Part shown: piece after piece, positions 9,746-18,743 of the stretch | Layout: each line of letters opens with the position of its first letter | Position numbering within the stretch: the first letter of the stretch is position 1 | From: an uncultured Candidatus Rokubacteria bacterium | Lineage (GTDB): Bacteria; Methylomirabilota; Methylomirabilia; Rokubacteriales; DASRDR01 | Reading direction: 5' to 3' | DNA: 64,000 nt | NCBI GenBank assembly: GCA_963708025.1 | Contig: CAVPSB010000014.1 | Location: 192,001 to 256,000, forward strand | Made by a program: the position numbers and the translations under genes | Notes under the pieces: model-generated | The model's input: only the letters and a program-made list of their open reading frames with translations | Told to the model about the DNA's origin: nothing | The model's database searches: none

Positions 9746-11089
9746 ATGGACGAAGCCGCCAGCCTGCGCGAAGCGATGGAGAGCCTGGTCAAGGGGACCG
9801 CCGATCCCCGCGACCAGGCCCGGCTCGAGGAGTCGCATCCAGCCGACGTCGCCGCTGCCCTGCGTCAGCTCCCGCTGGCCGATCAGATCGCGGTCGTCCG
9901 CATGCTCTCGCAGGAGCGCGCCGGCGAGGTCCTCTCCGAGCTGGACGACGACGCCCTCCTGGAGCTGGTGCGCGCGCTCGACGAGGTCGAGGTCTCGCGC
10001 ATCCTCGACAAGATGCCGCCCGAGCACGCCGCCGACGTCGTGGACGAGCTGCCCACCGAGCAGGCCGAAAAGATCCTCGACCTCATGCGGGAGGAGAAGT
10101 CCGAAGAGGTCCAGGAGATCCTCGAGTACCCGGAGCACTCCGCGGGCCGCCTCATGTCACCCGACTTCGTCGCCGTGAACGAGCGGGCGACGGTGGAACA
10201 GGCGATCGAGCACATCCGCAAGTCGGTCTCGGAGGAGCGCGCCTTCGAGCTGTACGTGGTAGACGATCACCGCCATCTGGTCGGCGTCGTCCCCCTGCGG
10301 CGGCTCCTCATCGCCAACCCGAGCAGCCCGGTCTTCGCGGTGCGCGAAGCGAACGTGGTGAGCGTCACGCCCGAGATGGACCAGGAAGAGGTGGCGAGGC
10401 TGGTGGCGAAGTACGACCTCGTAGCCGTCCCGGTGGTCGACCGCCGGCATCACCTCGTGGGCACGATCACCGTCGACGACGTCATCGACATCGTCGGCGA
10501 GGAGGCCTCGGAGGACATCTTCCGGATCGCCGGCTCCGACGCCGCCGAGCTGGAGCGGCGCTCCCCGCGGCAGATCGCCCTCATGCGCCTGCCCTGGGTG
10601 CTGGCCACCCTCTTCATCGAGCTGTGCGCCGGGGTGGTGATCCACTATTTCGACGAGACCCTGAGCCGCGTGATCCTCCTGGCCTCCTTCATGCCGGTCA
10701 TCCAGGCGATCTCCGGGAACACGGGACTGCAGTCGGTGACGATGGTCGTCCGGGGTCTCGCGACCGGCCAGGTGCAGCTGGCGCGCTGGTGGGAGGCCCT
10801 GCGGCGGCAGATCCAGACGTCGAGCATCCTCGGCGGAGTGTGTGGCATCCTGGTCGGGATCATCGGCCTCCTCTGGCACTCGCCGGCCTTCGGGCTCGTC
10901 GTCGCCGTGTCCATGTTCATCTCCGTCAACCTCTCCGGCGTGGCCGGTACGGCCATTCCGATGCTCTCCAAGCGGCTCGGCTTCGACCCCGCCCTCACCG
11001 CCGGTCCCTTCGAGACGGCGTTCCAGGACGTGCTGGGGATCACGATCTTCCTCTCGCTCGCCACCGCGCTCCTGCACTGGCTGACGTGA
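9746..11089 (+). CDS. mgtE: Magnesium transporter MgtE
   Basis: HPADVA N-domain, YPEHSAGRLM, CBS pair, RLPW, GNTGLQS, DPALTAGPFETAFQDVLG. Confidence 0.95.
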   Translation: MDEAASLREAMESLVKGTADPRDQARLEESHPADVAAALRQLPLADQIAVVRMLSQERAGEVLSELDDDALLELVRALDEVEVSRILDKMPPEHAADVVDELPTEQAEKILDLMREEKSEEVQEILEYPEHSAGRLMSPDFVAVNERATVEQAIEHIRKSVSEERAFELYVVDDHRHLVGVVPLRRLLIANPSSPVFAVREANVVSVTPEMDQEEVARLVAKYDLVAVPVVDRRHHLVGTITVDDVIDIVGEEASEDIFRIAGSDAAELERRSPRQIALMRLPWVLATLFIELCAGVVIHYFDETLSRVILLASFMPVIQAISGNTGLQSVTMVVRGLATGQVQLARWWEALRRQIQTSSILGGVCGILVGIIGLLWHSPAFGLVVAVSMFISVNLSGVAGTAIPMLSKRLGFDPALTAGPFETAFQDVLGITIFLSLATALLHWLT

Positions 11090-11110
11090 GAGCGTGTGAA
11101 GGAATGGCGT

Positions 11111-11171
11111 CCTCCGACTCCCCCCTCCCCCCAGTGGGTGGGGGAGGGGGCTGGGGGGGTGGGCGGGAGGT
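11111..11171 (+). repeat. Family-1 G/C hairpin repeat (CCTCC...CCCCCTCCCCC-loop-GGGGGAGGGGG...GGGCGGGAGGT)
   Basis: Direct comparison with the copies at 17382, 24222, 30498, 37757, 41018 and 50928. Confidence 0.85.
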
Positions 11172-11192
11172 CTCGAACTGAGGTCTGACGCC

Positions 11193-11282
11193 ATGACCGA
11201 GCAGCGGCCCGATCCCAACGAGGTACCGGAGTGGGTCTGCGCCGCCCAGAAGGCACCCGAGGCCCGGCTCGACGCGAGTTAG
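11193..11282 (+). pseudogene. 29-aa mini-KdpD-like ORF or internal-deletion remnant
   Basis: MTEQRPDPNEVPEWVCAAQKAPEARLDAS resembles the KdpD start MIEHRPDPDALLERV and its tail EKPPEVRLDAG. Confidence 0.6.
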
Positions 11283-11313
11283 CCGGCGGGCAGGGATCCG
11301 CGAGGAGGCATCG

Positions 11314-12096
11314 ATGAGTCGAGAGGACCCGATCGAGGTGTGGCTGGCGGTCGCCGGGCTGGGCGCGGTCGCGCTCGGAGTCGCGCTGATCCCGCTCCGA
11401 GCGGTCACGTCCGCGTCGAACCTGGCCTTCGTGTTCCTGGCCTTCACGATCGTCGTCGCCGAGATGGGCGGCCGCGGGCCGGCGTTGCTGGCGGCGCTCG
11501 TCTCGGCGATGAGCCTCGACTTCTTTCTCACCGAGCCCTACCTGACGCTGGCGATCAGCAAGACGGACGACGTGATCGCGTTCGCCGGGCTGGTCGGGTG
11601 CGGGCTCATCGCCGCCGCGTTCGGCGCCCGCCGGGCCCGCTGGTCCGAGACCGCCCGCCGCGCGGCCGGGGAGCTGGACGTGCTGAAGGGGGTGAGCGGG
11701 CGACTGGCCGAGGGGGCGTCGCTCGACGGCGTCCTCGAGGACCTGCGCCGGGCCTTCCGCCTGGGGACGGTGGCCCTGCGGGACGCCGACGAGCGCGTCA
11801 TCGCCGTGACGCCACCGGGTGCGGCGGCTCCGGGAGCTCCCACCGCGCGCCTGAACCCCGGCTCGCTGCTGGCGTCCGACGCGACGACGCACCGGTTCGG
11901 CCCCCGGGGCCTCCGCCTCCCCGAAGGGGGCGGGCGCCTGCGCCTCCCGGCCGGGGAGGACGTCGTCTGGCTCGATCTCCAGGAGGGCGATCCGCTGGGC
12001 CTCGACCTCGACGAGCGCGAGACGCTGTCGATCGCGGCCTCGATCCTGGGGCTAGCGCTGGCCCGCGCGCGCCGCCGCCTCGGCCCCGCCGCCTAG
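11314..12096 (+). CDS. DUF4118 (KdpD-type 4TM) membrane protein with GAF-like tail, no kinase
   Basis: SNLAFVFL...LDFFLTEPYLTL TM motif; RBS GAGGAGG. Confidence 0.8.
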   Translation: MSREDPIEVWLAVAGLGAVALGVALIPLRAVTSASNLAFVFLAFTIVVAEMGGRGPALLAALVSAMSLDFFLTEPYLTLAISKTDDVIAFAGLVGCGLIAAAFGARRARWSETARRAAGELDVLKGVSGRLAEGASLDGVLEDLRRAFRLGTVALRDADERVIAVTPPGAAAPGAPTARLNPGSLLASDATTHRFGPRGLRLPEGGGRLRLPAGEDVVWLDLQEGDPLGLDLDERETLSIAASILGLALARARRRLGPAA

Positions 12097-12303
12097 GGCG
12101 GATCCGAGAGCGTCGCAGTCGGCTGCGACACTGGTCTTAGCCGATCTCGGCCCCACTTGCGGGACCGCCGGCAGGGTCGCGAGTCGCGCGATCCCGACGC
12201 ATGCGGCTCGCCTGCGGACGGCGCTCCGCGTCCTAACGCTGCTCGCTCCTCGGCCCCGCCCAGGGACCGTGACTCTCGAGCCGGAGCCGGCTCTCCCGGA
12301 AGA

Positions 12304-13188
12304 CTAGACCTCGACGACCAGGCCGTCCGCCGCCGCGTAGCACCGGGTGGTCGAGTGCTGGGAGGCCAGGAGCTGCTTGGCCTTGTGGAGCATCTCGGAC
12401 ACGATCTCGTCGGTGTGCATCGGGTCGTGGTGGAACAGGGCCAGTGACCGCACGCGGGCCTGGAGGGCGACCCCGACCGTCGCGCTGAGCGACGAATGGC
12501 CCCAGCCGATCCGGCTCCGGTACTCGTCGTCGGTGTACTGCGCCTCGCCGATGTAGAGGTCGGCGCCGGCGGCGAAGCGCACGATCCCCTCGTCGAGGAG
12601 CTGGCCGAGCTGGTAGCCGCGCTCCCCCCGCTGGCCGACGTTGGGCAGGGTGGAGCGATAGGGCTCGTGGTCGGTCGCGTAGACCAGTGTCTTGCCGTCG
12701 CGCTGCACCTTGTAGCCGAGGTTCATCCCCGGATGGTTCAGGTACATGGCGGCGATCGTCGTGTCGCCGATGCGGAAGTCCTCGCCCCGGAACTCGTGGA
12801 AGACGAGCGACGCGGCGAGGTCGCCGAGCCCGACCGGAAAGTAGTCGGAGTCCATCTGGCCGTGGAGGAGCTTTTCCAGCGACCGTCCCTGGCCCGGTGA
12901 GCCGTAGACGTGCAGGGTCGTCGTCGCCTCGTAGGCTGGCCTGAAGAAGGGGAATCCCTGGATGTGGTCCCAGTGGGTGTGGCTGATGAACAGGTGAAGC
13001 GTGAGCGGCTGGCCGAGAGACTCCCCCATGAGCGCCTGGCCCAGCTCGCGGATGCCGGTGCCGGCGTCGAAGATCAGGATGTCCGGCCCGCACCGCACCT
13101 CGACGCACGCGGTGTTGCCGCCGTACAGCCCGGTGCGGGGGCCCGGCGCGGGAATCGAGCCGCGCGTCCCCCAGAAGGTGACTTTCAC
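12304..13188 (-). CDS. MBL-fold metallo-hydrolase
   Basis: WGTRGSIP, YGGNTACV, SHTHWDHIQG, GWGHS, LFHHDP. Confidence 0.92.
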   Translation of the reverse strand: MKVTFWGTRGSIPAPGPRTGLYGGNTACVEVRCGPDILIFDAGTGIRELGQALMGESLGQPLTLHLFISHTHWDHIQGFPFFRPAYEATTTLHVYGSPGQGRSLEKLLHGQMDSDYFPVGLGDLAASLVFHEFRGEDFRIGDTTIAAMYLNHPGMNLGYKVQRDGKTLVYATDHEPYRSTLPNVGQRGERGYQLGQLLDEGIVRFAAGADLYIGEAQYTDDEYRSRIGWGHSSLSATVGVALQARVRSLALFHHDPMHTDEIVSEMLHKAKQLLASQHSTTRCYAAADGLVVEV

Positions 13189-13595
13189 AGCGCGCCCCTC
13201 GAGGCGTCGCGCTCGCCGAGCCGGCGCTGGACCAGCTCGAACAGCTCCTCGATCTGGAAGGGCTTCACGACGTAGTCGGTGGCGCCGAGCGTGCGGACCC
13301 GGTCCTGGTCCGACTTGTAGACCTTCGCCGACATCGCGATCACGATGGCCTCGCCGAGCGCCGGGTCGGCCCGGACCTGCCGGATCAGCTCGAAGCCGTG
13401 CATCTGGCCCATCATGAGGTCCGTGATGATGACCGGAGGGTGGTGGCGGCGCGCCAGGTCGATCGCCTCCACGCCGTCCCGGGCGGTGTGGACCTCGAAG
13501 CCCTTGTCCTCGAAGAAGAAGGCCAGGAAGCCGAGCAGACTGGCGTCGTCGTCGACGATCAGGACCGAGCGGGAGGGCGCGGCGGGGTCGCTCAC
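13185..13595 (-). CDS. Single-domain response regulator
   Basis: VLIVDDD, ITDLMM, GFEL, YVVKPF; GTG start overlapping the upstream stop. Confidence 0.9.
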   Translation of the reverse strand: MSDPAAPSRSVLIVDDDASLLGFLAFFFEDKGFEVHTARDGVEAIDLARRHHPPVIITDLMMGQMHGFELIRQVRADPALGEAIVIAMSAKVYKSDQDRVRTLGATDYVVKPFQIEELFELVQRRLGERDASRGAL

Positions 13596-14026
13596 CGTGG
13601 CGGCGCCGGGCCCTGGCGGAGATCGATCCGGCGGAGCCGCTCCAGGTCGGCGCGGAGCTGGTCGATCTCGGTCTGCCGCGCGGCCAGGTCGGATTGCCGG
13701 ACGTCCAGCTCCCGGCGCAGCCGCTCGTTCTCGGTCTGGACGATCAGGAGCCGCTCGACGAGCGCCCGGGCCGCGCGGGCCCGGGGGGTCGCGGGGTCGT
13801 CGGGATAGGTCTTCAGGAACTCGTCGTAGAGCGCGAGCGCCCCTCGGTACTGGGCCGCCATCAGCCGGTCGTCGGCGCGCGCGAGCAGGCTGCTGCCCGG
13901 GGCCGGAGCCGGGGCCGGGGCCGAGACCGGAGCCGGAGCCGAGACCGGCGGGGGCGCAGACACCGGCGTCGCGGCGCACGCCGGCGCCAGCAAGGACGTC
14001 AGCAGGAGCGGGACCGAGCGCTTCAC
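13592..14026 (-). CDS. Lipoprotein with Pro/Ala repeats, TPR-like helix and coiled coil (QseG/YfhG-like position)
   Basis: VKRSVPLLLTSLLAPAC lipobox-like signal, VSAPAP repeats, LERLRRIDL coil; fused to the kinase in the ORF track only by an extra base near 14112. Confidence 0.7.
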   Translation of the reverse strand: MKRSVPLLLTSLLAPACAATPVSAPPPVSAPAPVSAPAPAPAPGSSLLARADDRLMAAQYRGALALYDEFLKTYPDDPATPRARAARALVERLLIVQTENERLRRELDVRQSDLAARQTEIDQLRADLERLRRIDLRQGPAPPR

Positions 14027-15526
14027 ACCGGACCGGTCACCGCGGGCGCGGCGGCGTCGCCGGCCTTCCGGGGCAGGAACACGGTGAACCGGCTGCCGCG
14101 GCCCTCGGTCGAACTCGACGGTCACCCGGCCCCCGTGGGCCTCGACCAGGCCGCGGACGATGGCCAGCCCCAGCCCGGTGCCGCCGTGGCCGGTGTGCGC
14201 CTGGCGGTACCGCTCGAACAGCACGGGCAGCTTGTCGGCCGGGATGCCGGCCCCGGTGTCCTCGACCTGCACCTCGAGGTCGGCCCCGGCGTCCAGGATT
14301 CGCAGGGTCACGGTGCCGCCGGGCGGCGTGAAGCGGATGGCGTTGGCCAGGAGGTTGACGAGCACCTCGACGATCCGGTCCTCGTCGCCGAACATCTCGA
14401 TCGCGCCGGGTGCGCGGTCGTAGGCCAGCGTCACCCCGCGCTCCTTGGCCTGGACGCGCATCTCCTCGACCGCACGGCGGGCCGCGCGGTCGAGGTCAAT
14501 CCAGCTTCGCTCGATCGGCAGGAGCCCGGCCGAGAGCCGGGACAGGTCGAGGACCTGGCTCACCAGGCGCAGCAGCCGCTCGGCGCTGGCGTGAATGATC
14601 CCGACCAGCTTTTCCTGCTTCTCGGTGAGGGGGCCGGGGCCGCCCTGCTGGAGGACGTGCGCCGCCTCGCGGGCCGAGGTGAGCGGGGAGCGCAGCTCGT
14701 GCGACATCGTGGCGTAGAACTGCTCCTTGATCGCGTCAACCTCGCGCAGCCGGGCCGCCATGCTGTTGAACGAGCGGGCCAGCGCCCCGATCTCGTCCGC
14801 GCTCTCGACCGGGACGGGCTCGAAGGAGCCCTCCGCCAGCGACGCGGTGGCGCCGGCCAGGCGGCGGAGCGAGTGCGTCATGCGGTGGGCGATCAGCGCG
14901 GTGCCGGCCAGCGCGGCGAGGAGTGCGACGACGAGGGCGACGACCACGGCCTGCCAGGTCCGATCGCGAAGCTGGGCGACGCCGCTCTGGACCTGGCCGA
15001 GGGCCGCCGAGGCCTGGAGCTGGCTCTGGTTGAGCGCCGCCTGGGTCAGGTCGGTGAGCTGCTCGAGGGCGGCGATGAGCTGACCGTTCGAGGCCTGGCC
15101 CTCCGAGTCGAGCACCTTGGCCGCCCGATCGCGGTCGCCCCGGGCCCGGGCCTCGCGGCTCTTGGCGACCGCCGCCCGGTAGCGGATGAAGGCGTCGATC
15201 GCCTGGCGCCAGGCCCCCCGCTCGGCGTCGCTCGCCAGGAACGTGCCGAGGAGGTCGAGCCCCTGCTGGATCCGGAAGGCCTCGTAGCTCGGGACAGCCA
15301 CGTACTCGCGGTCGGCGAACACGACGGCGCGCATCTCCAGGCGGTGGGCCTCGGCGACCCGCTCCCGGAGGGACGCCTCGAGCCGCAGGGCGTCGGCGGT
15401 CCGGACGGCGATCTGGCGGTCGGCCGTGATGAGCCGGGCCACCTCGGTGAGGGTCCACACCTCCACCCCCACCAGGACCAGGATCACCAGCGAGTTCGCC
15501 AGGAAGATCTTGGGGGCCAGGCGCAT
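14023..15526 (-). CDS. HAMP-domain sensor histidine kinase
   Basis: Two TM segments, DEIGALARSFNSM, SHELRSPL, NLLANAIRF, DTGAGI, GTGLGL; the corrected frame ends VESTEGRGSRFTVFLP...GPV*. Confidence 0.92.
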
Positions 15527-15650
15527 GGTCCACCTAAGCTAGCACGACTGGCCACCGTGGCTGGAGGGTCCTCTGAGGGCCCATTTGGGGCTCCCGGCCC
15601 CCGCCGGGAGCCGCCGTCCGGGCCTGCCTGGCAGCCGGCCGGAGACTCGA

Positions 15651-15679
15651 TTGCCACGCTTCCCGGGGTGTCCTATTCT
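15651..15679 (+). promoter_or_regulatory. Sigma70-like promoter, probably leaderless
   Basis: TTGCCA-N17-TATTCT, ATG 6 nt downstream, no SD. Confidence 0.6.
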
Positions 15680-15685
15680 GCCGAC

Positions 15686-16816
15686 ATGGCGACTCTGGGT
15701 GAGCCGTTCCGGACCGCGCTGTGCGACCTGCTGGGGATCGAGTACCCGATCATCCAGTCGGGCATGGGCAACGTCGCCGGGCCGGAGCTGGCCGCCGAGG
15801 TGTCGCGGGCCGGGGCACTCGGCATCATCGCGGGCCTGAACGTGCCGCTCGACGAGCTGCGCCGCCGCATCCGCCGGATCCGGGAGCTGACCGACCGGCC
15901 CTTCGGCGTCAACCTGTGGCTTCACTCCGAGCTACGACCGCCCGCCGACGTGCAGCGCCTGCCGGAGGAGACGATCCGGGCCGTCCAGGGGACGCTCAAC
16001 CGATTCCGCGAGCGCCTGGAGATCCCGACGACGCTGGCCCGCCCCGCCCAGGTGCCGGATCTCATCGAGGCGTCCCTCGGCGTGATCCTGGACGAGCGCG
16101 TCCCGGTGTTCAGCGCGGGCATCGGCCTGCCGGACGCGGACATGATCCGGCGGTGCCACGAGCGGGGCGTCAAGGTCATGGCCATGGTCGCGACCGTCGA
16201 GGACGCCCGGGCCGCCGCCGGCGCCGGGGCCGACGCCGTGATCGCCCAGGGCAGCGAGGCGGGCGGCCACCGGTCGGTGGGCGTGAAGCCGGCCGCGCCC
16301 GACACGGTGAGCGTCGGGACGGTGTCGTTCGTGCCCCAGGTGGTGGACGCCGTCCGGGTGCCGGTGGTGGCCGCCGGCGGCCTTGCCGACGGGCGCGGCC
16401 TGGTGGCGGCCCTGGCGCTGGGGGCGAGCGGCGTGCTGCTCGGCACCCGCTTCGTCGCCACCCGGGAGTCGATGGCGCCGGAGTTCTGGAAGAAGAGCCT
16501 GCTCGAGGCGGACGGCACGGCCACGACCATGACCGAGGCCTTCACCGGGCAGTGGGCCCGCACGCTCCGGAACACGCTCCAGCGGGAGTACGGGGCCGCC
16601 GGGGCGCCCGTGCTGCCGAGCCTGCTCCAGACCAGCGCGGCCCAGGACGTGTACCAGGCGGCGGTCGCCCGGGCGGATCGCGAGTACTTCCCGATGTACG
16701 CGGGGCAGGGCGTCGGCCTGGTCCACGACCTGCCCGGCGCCGGCGAGGTCGTGGCGGCGATCGTCCGCGAGGCCCGCGCGGTGCTGGCCTCGCTGCCCCG
16801 CCGCGTCCGGACCTGA
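15686..16816 (+). CDS. Nitronate monooxygenase / 2-nitropropane dioxygenase family flavoprotein
   Basis: LGIEYPIIQSGM, RPFGVNL, AQGSEAGGH, VAAGGLADGRG, GTRF, YAGQGVG. Confidence 0.9.
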   Translation: MATLGEPFRTALCDLLGIEYPIIQSGMGNVAGPELAAEVSRAGALGIIAGLNVPLDELRRRIRRIRELTDRPFGVNLWLHSELRPPADVQRLPEETIRAVQGTLNRFRERLEIPTTLARPAQVPDLIEASLGVILDERVPVFSAGIGLPDADMIRRCHERGVKVMAMVATVEDARAAAGAGADAVIAQGSEAGGHRSVGVKPAAPDTVSVGTVSFVPQVVDAVRVPVVAAGGLADGRGLVAALALGASGVLLGTRFVATRESMAPEFWKKSLLEADGTATTMTEAFTGQWARTLRNTLQREYGAAGAPVLPSLLQTSAAQDVYQAAVARADREYFPMYAGQGVGLVHDLPGAGEVVAAIVREARAVLASLPRRVRT

Positions 16817-16857
16817 CACCGCCCGGGTGTCGTGCGGCCTGTCGTGCGGCAGTCGCC

Positions 16858-16886
16858 TTGACGCCCGGAAACTCACGGGATAGGCT
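16858..16886 (+). promoter_or_regulatory. Sigma70-like promoter
   Basis: TTGACG-N17-TAGGCT upstream of the VOC gene. Confidence 0.55.
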
Positions 16887-16940
16887 CGCGTGTCGTACGG
16901 ATTCCCATCGTCCACCCAGCCCGCACCCGGAGGAGACGGC

Positions 16941-17360
16941 ATGCCATACCGGATCAACCACATCCACCTGAAGGCGCCGGACCCGCGGAAGACGGCCGAC
17001 TGGTACGTCACCGCCTTCCGCTTCAAGATCCTGAGCGACGACGTCCGGGTCTTCGGCGACCGCTTCGTCCGCTGCACCAGCGAGGACGGCGGGTTCTTCG
17101 TCAACATCTCGGGCGCCCGGACCGGCGAGCGCCTCGGCCCCGGCGACGCCGGCGCCCACCACGGGCTCGAGCACTTCGGCTTCGACTCGGAGCACCTCGA
17201 GAGCGACATCACGCGGCTCGAGGGGCTCGGCGCCAAGCTCCTGGAGGGGCCGATCCAGGTGCCGAACGGCCCGCGGATCTGCTTCATGCGGGCGCCCGAC
17301 GACACGCGGATCGAGCTGATCGAGCCGCCGAAGAAGCCAGTGGCGGGCGGCGCGTGCTGA
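16941..17360 (+). CDS. VOC/glyoxalase family protein
   Basis: INHIHL, GLEHFGF, PDDTRIELIE; SD GGAGGAG. Confidence 0.88.
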   Translation: MPYRINHIHLKAPDPRKTADWYVTAFRFKILSDDVRVFGDRFVRCTSEDGGFFVNISGARTGERLGPGDAGAHHGLEHFGFDSEHLESDITRLEGLGAKLLEGPIQVPNGPRICFMRAPDDTRIELIEPPKKPVAGGAC

Positions 17361-17381
17361 GCGCGGGAGAGGGAATGAGTT

Positions 17382-17442
17382 CCGCCGGCTCCCCCCCCCC
17401 CCGGTGGGTGGGGGAGGGGGGTTGGGGGGGTGGGCGGGAGGT
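17382..17442 (+). repeat. Family-1 G/C hairpin repeat
   Basis: C-run, GTGGGT loop, GGGGGAGGGGG, GGGCGGGAGGT. Confidence 0.85.
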
Positions 17443-17458
17443 GTCGGAGGTGGACGCG

Positions 17459-18517
17459 ATGACGACGCACCGGATCGCGGTGATTCCCGGTGACGGGATC
17501 GGGAAGGAAGTGGTGCCGGAGGGGATGCGGGTGCTGGAGGCGGCCGGCCGCCGCTTCGGCTTCGACTTCGCCTGGACCCAGTTCGACTGGAGCTGCGAGG
17601 CCTACGCCCGCACCGGCCGGATGATGCCGGAGGACGGGCTCGAGCGCCTGCGGGCGTTCGAGGGCATCTTCCTGGGGGCGATCGGGGCCCCCGGCGTGCC
17701 CGACCACGTCTCGCTGTGGGGCCTCCTCATCCCGATCCGCCGGACCTTCCGCCAGTACGTGAACCTCCGCCCGGTGCGGCTCCTCCGGGGCGTGCGGTCG
17801 CCCCTGGCCGGTCGCGGGCCGGACGACATCGACATGGTCATCATCCGCGAGAACAACGAGGGCGAGTACTCCGAGATCGGCGGCCGGCTCTACAAGGGGA
17901 CCGACGACGAGCTGGCGGTGCAGCAGGCGATCTTCACGCGCCACGGCATCGACCGGATCATGCGCTACGCCTTCGAGCTGGCCCGGCGGCGCCCGGCCCG
18001 GCACCTGACCTCCGCCACCAAGTCGAACGGGATCATCCACAGCATGCCGTACTGGGACGAGCGCTTCGCGGCGATGGCGAAGGAGTACCCGGACGTCAGG
18101 ACCGACCAGTTCCACATCGACATCCTGGTCGCCCACTTCGTCCAGCACCCCGACTGGTTCGACGTCGTGGTGGCCTCGAACCTGTTCGGCGACATCCTCT
18201 CCGACCTCGGCCCGGCCATCGCCGGCTCGATCGGCCTGGCCCCCGGCGCCAACATCAACCCGGAGAAGACGTACCCCTCGATGTTCGAGCCGGTGCACGG
18301 CTCCGCTCCAGACATCGCGGGAAAGGGGCTCGCCAACCCGATCGGCCAGATCTGGACCGGGGCGATGATGCTGGAGCACCTGGGCCACCCCGAGGCGGCG
18401 GCGGCCATCGTCGGTGCCATCGAGCGCCTGGTCGCCGAGGGGAAGACGCTGACCCGCGACCTCGGCGGCAAGGCGTCCACGACGGAGGTGGGGGAGACGA
18501 TCGCCTCGCTGATTTAG
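17459..18517 (+). CDS. Tartrate/D-malate dehydrogenase-decarboxylase (IDH/IPMDH family)
   Basis: IAVIPGDGIGKEV, VPDHVSLWGLLIPIRR, RENNEGEYS, SNLFGDILSD, FEPVHGSAPDI. Confidence 0.92.
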   Translation: MTTHRIAVIPGDGIGKEVVPEGMRVLEAAGRRFGFDFAWTQFDWSCEAYARTGRMMPEDGLERLRAFEGIFLGAIGAPGVPDHVSLWGLLIPIRRTFRQYVNLRPVRLLRGVRSPLAGRGPDDIDMVIIRENNEGEYSEIGGRLYKGTDDELAVQQAIFTRHGIDRIMRYAFELARRRPARHLTSATKSNGIIHSMPYWDERFAAMAKEYPDVRTDQFHIDILVAHFVQHPDWFDVVVASNLFGDILSDLGPAIAGSIGLAPGANINPEKTYPSMFEPVHGSAPDIAGKGLANPIGQIWTGAMMLEHLGHPEAAAAIVGAIERLVAEGKTLTRDLGGKASTTEVGETIASLI

Positions 18518-18743
18518 CCGGGGTGCCGGAGCGGTCGAGACGCTCGACCGCGGGGGCTCGATCATCGTTCCCGCCCGGCGCACCGGCGGGTTGTCCATCT
18601 CGAATACGCGGCCAGCGAGCTACCGGGAGGACTCGAGTGGCACGAGCGCCTCGCGTGAGGGATCAGACTCCGTCGCCCTGAGGCTGCGTCACTCACGGCA
18701 TGCGGCCCTTCCGGATTGATAAGATTGAAAGGCCTGACCCCCT

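Noticed and set aside
12097-12303. 200-nt gap between convergent genes
   Set aside because: No convincing ORF, repeat or RNA motif was found.
13592-15526. 644-aa kinase-lipoprotein fusion in the ORF track
   Set aside because: Removing one base near 14112 restores the canonical kinase end and a GTGA-coupled second gene with its own signal peptide.
13694-16816. 1040-aa ORF and other long antisense or off-frame ORFs (e.g. 15932-18598, 32555-35107, 40941-43889, 60604-63045)
   Set aside because: Shadow ORFs typical of high-GC DNA, overlapping well-supported genes; only 15686-16816 of the first is a real gene.
17354-17458. N-terminal extensions such as PPPRWVGEGGWGGGREV (also at 50954 and 30510)
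   Set aside because: They are translations of the family-1 repeat; the true starts lie downstream with proper SD spacing.
18518-18743. Intergenic hairpins as an ncRNA or riboswitch
   Set aside because: Only short GC stems (e.g. GCGGTCGAG-ACG-CTCGACCGC) with no recognisable family motif; compatible with a terminator.
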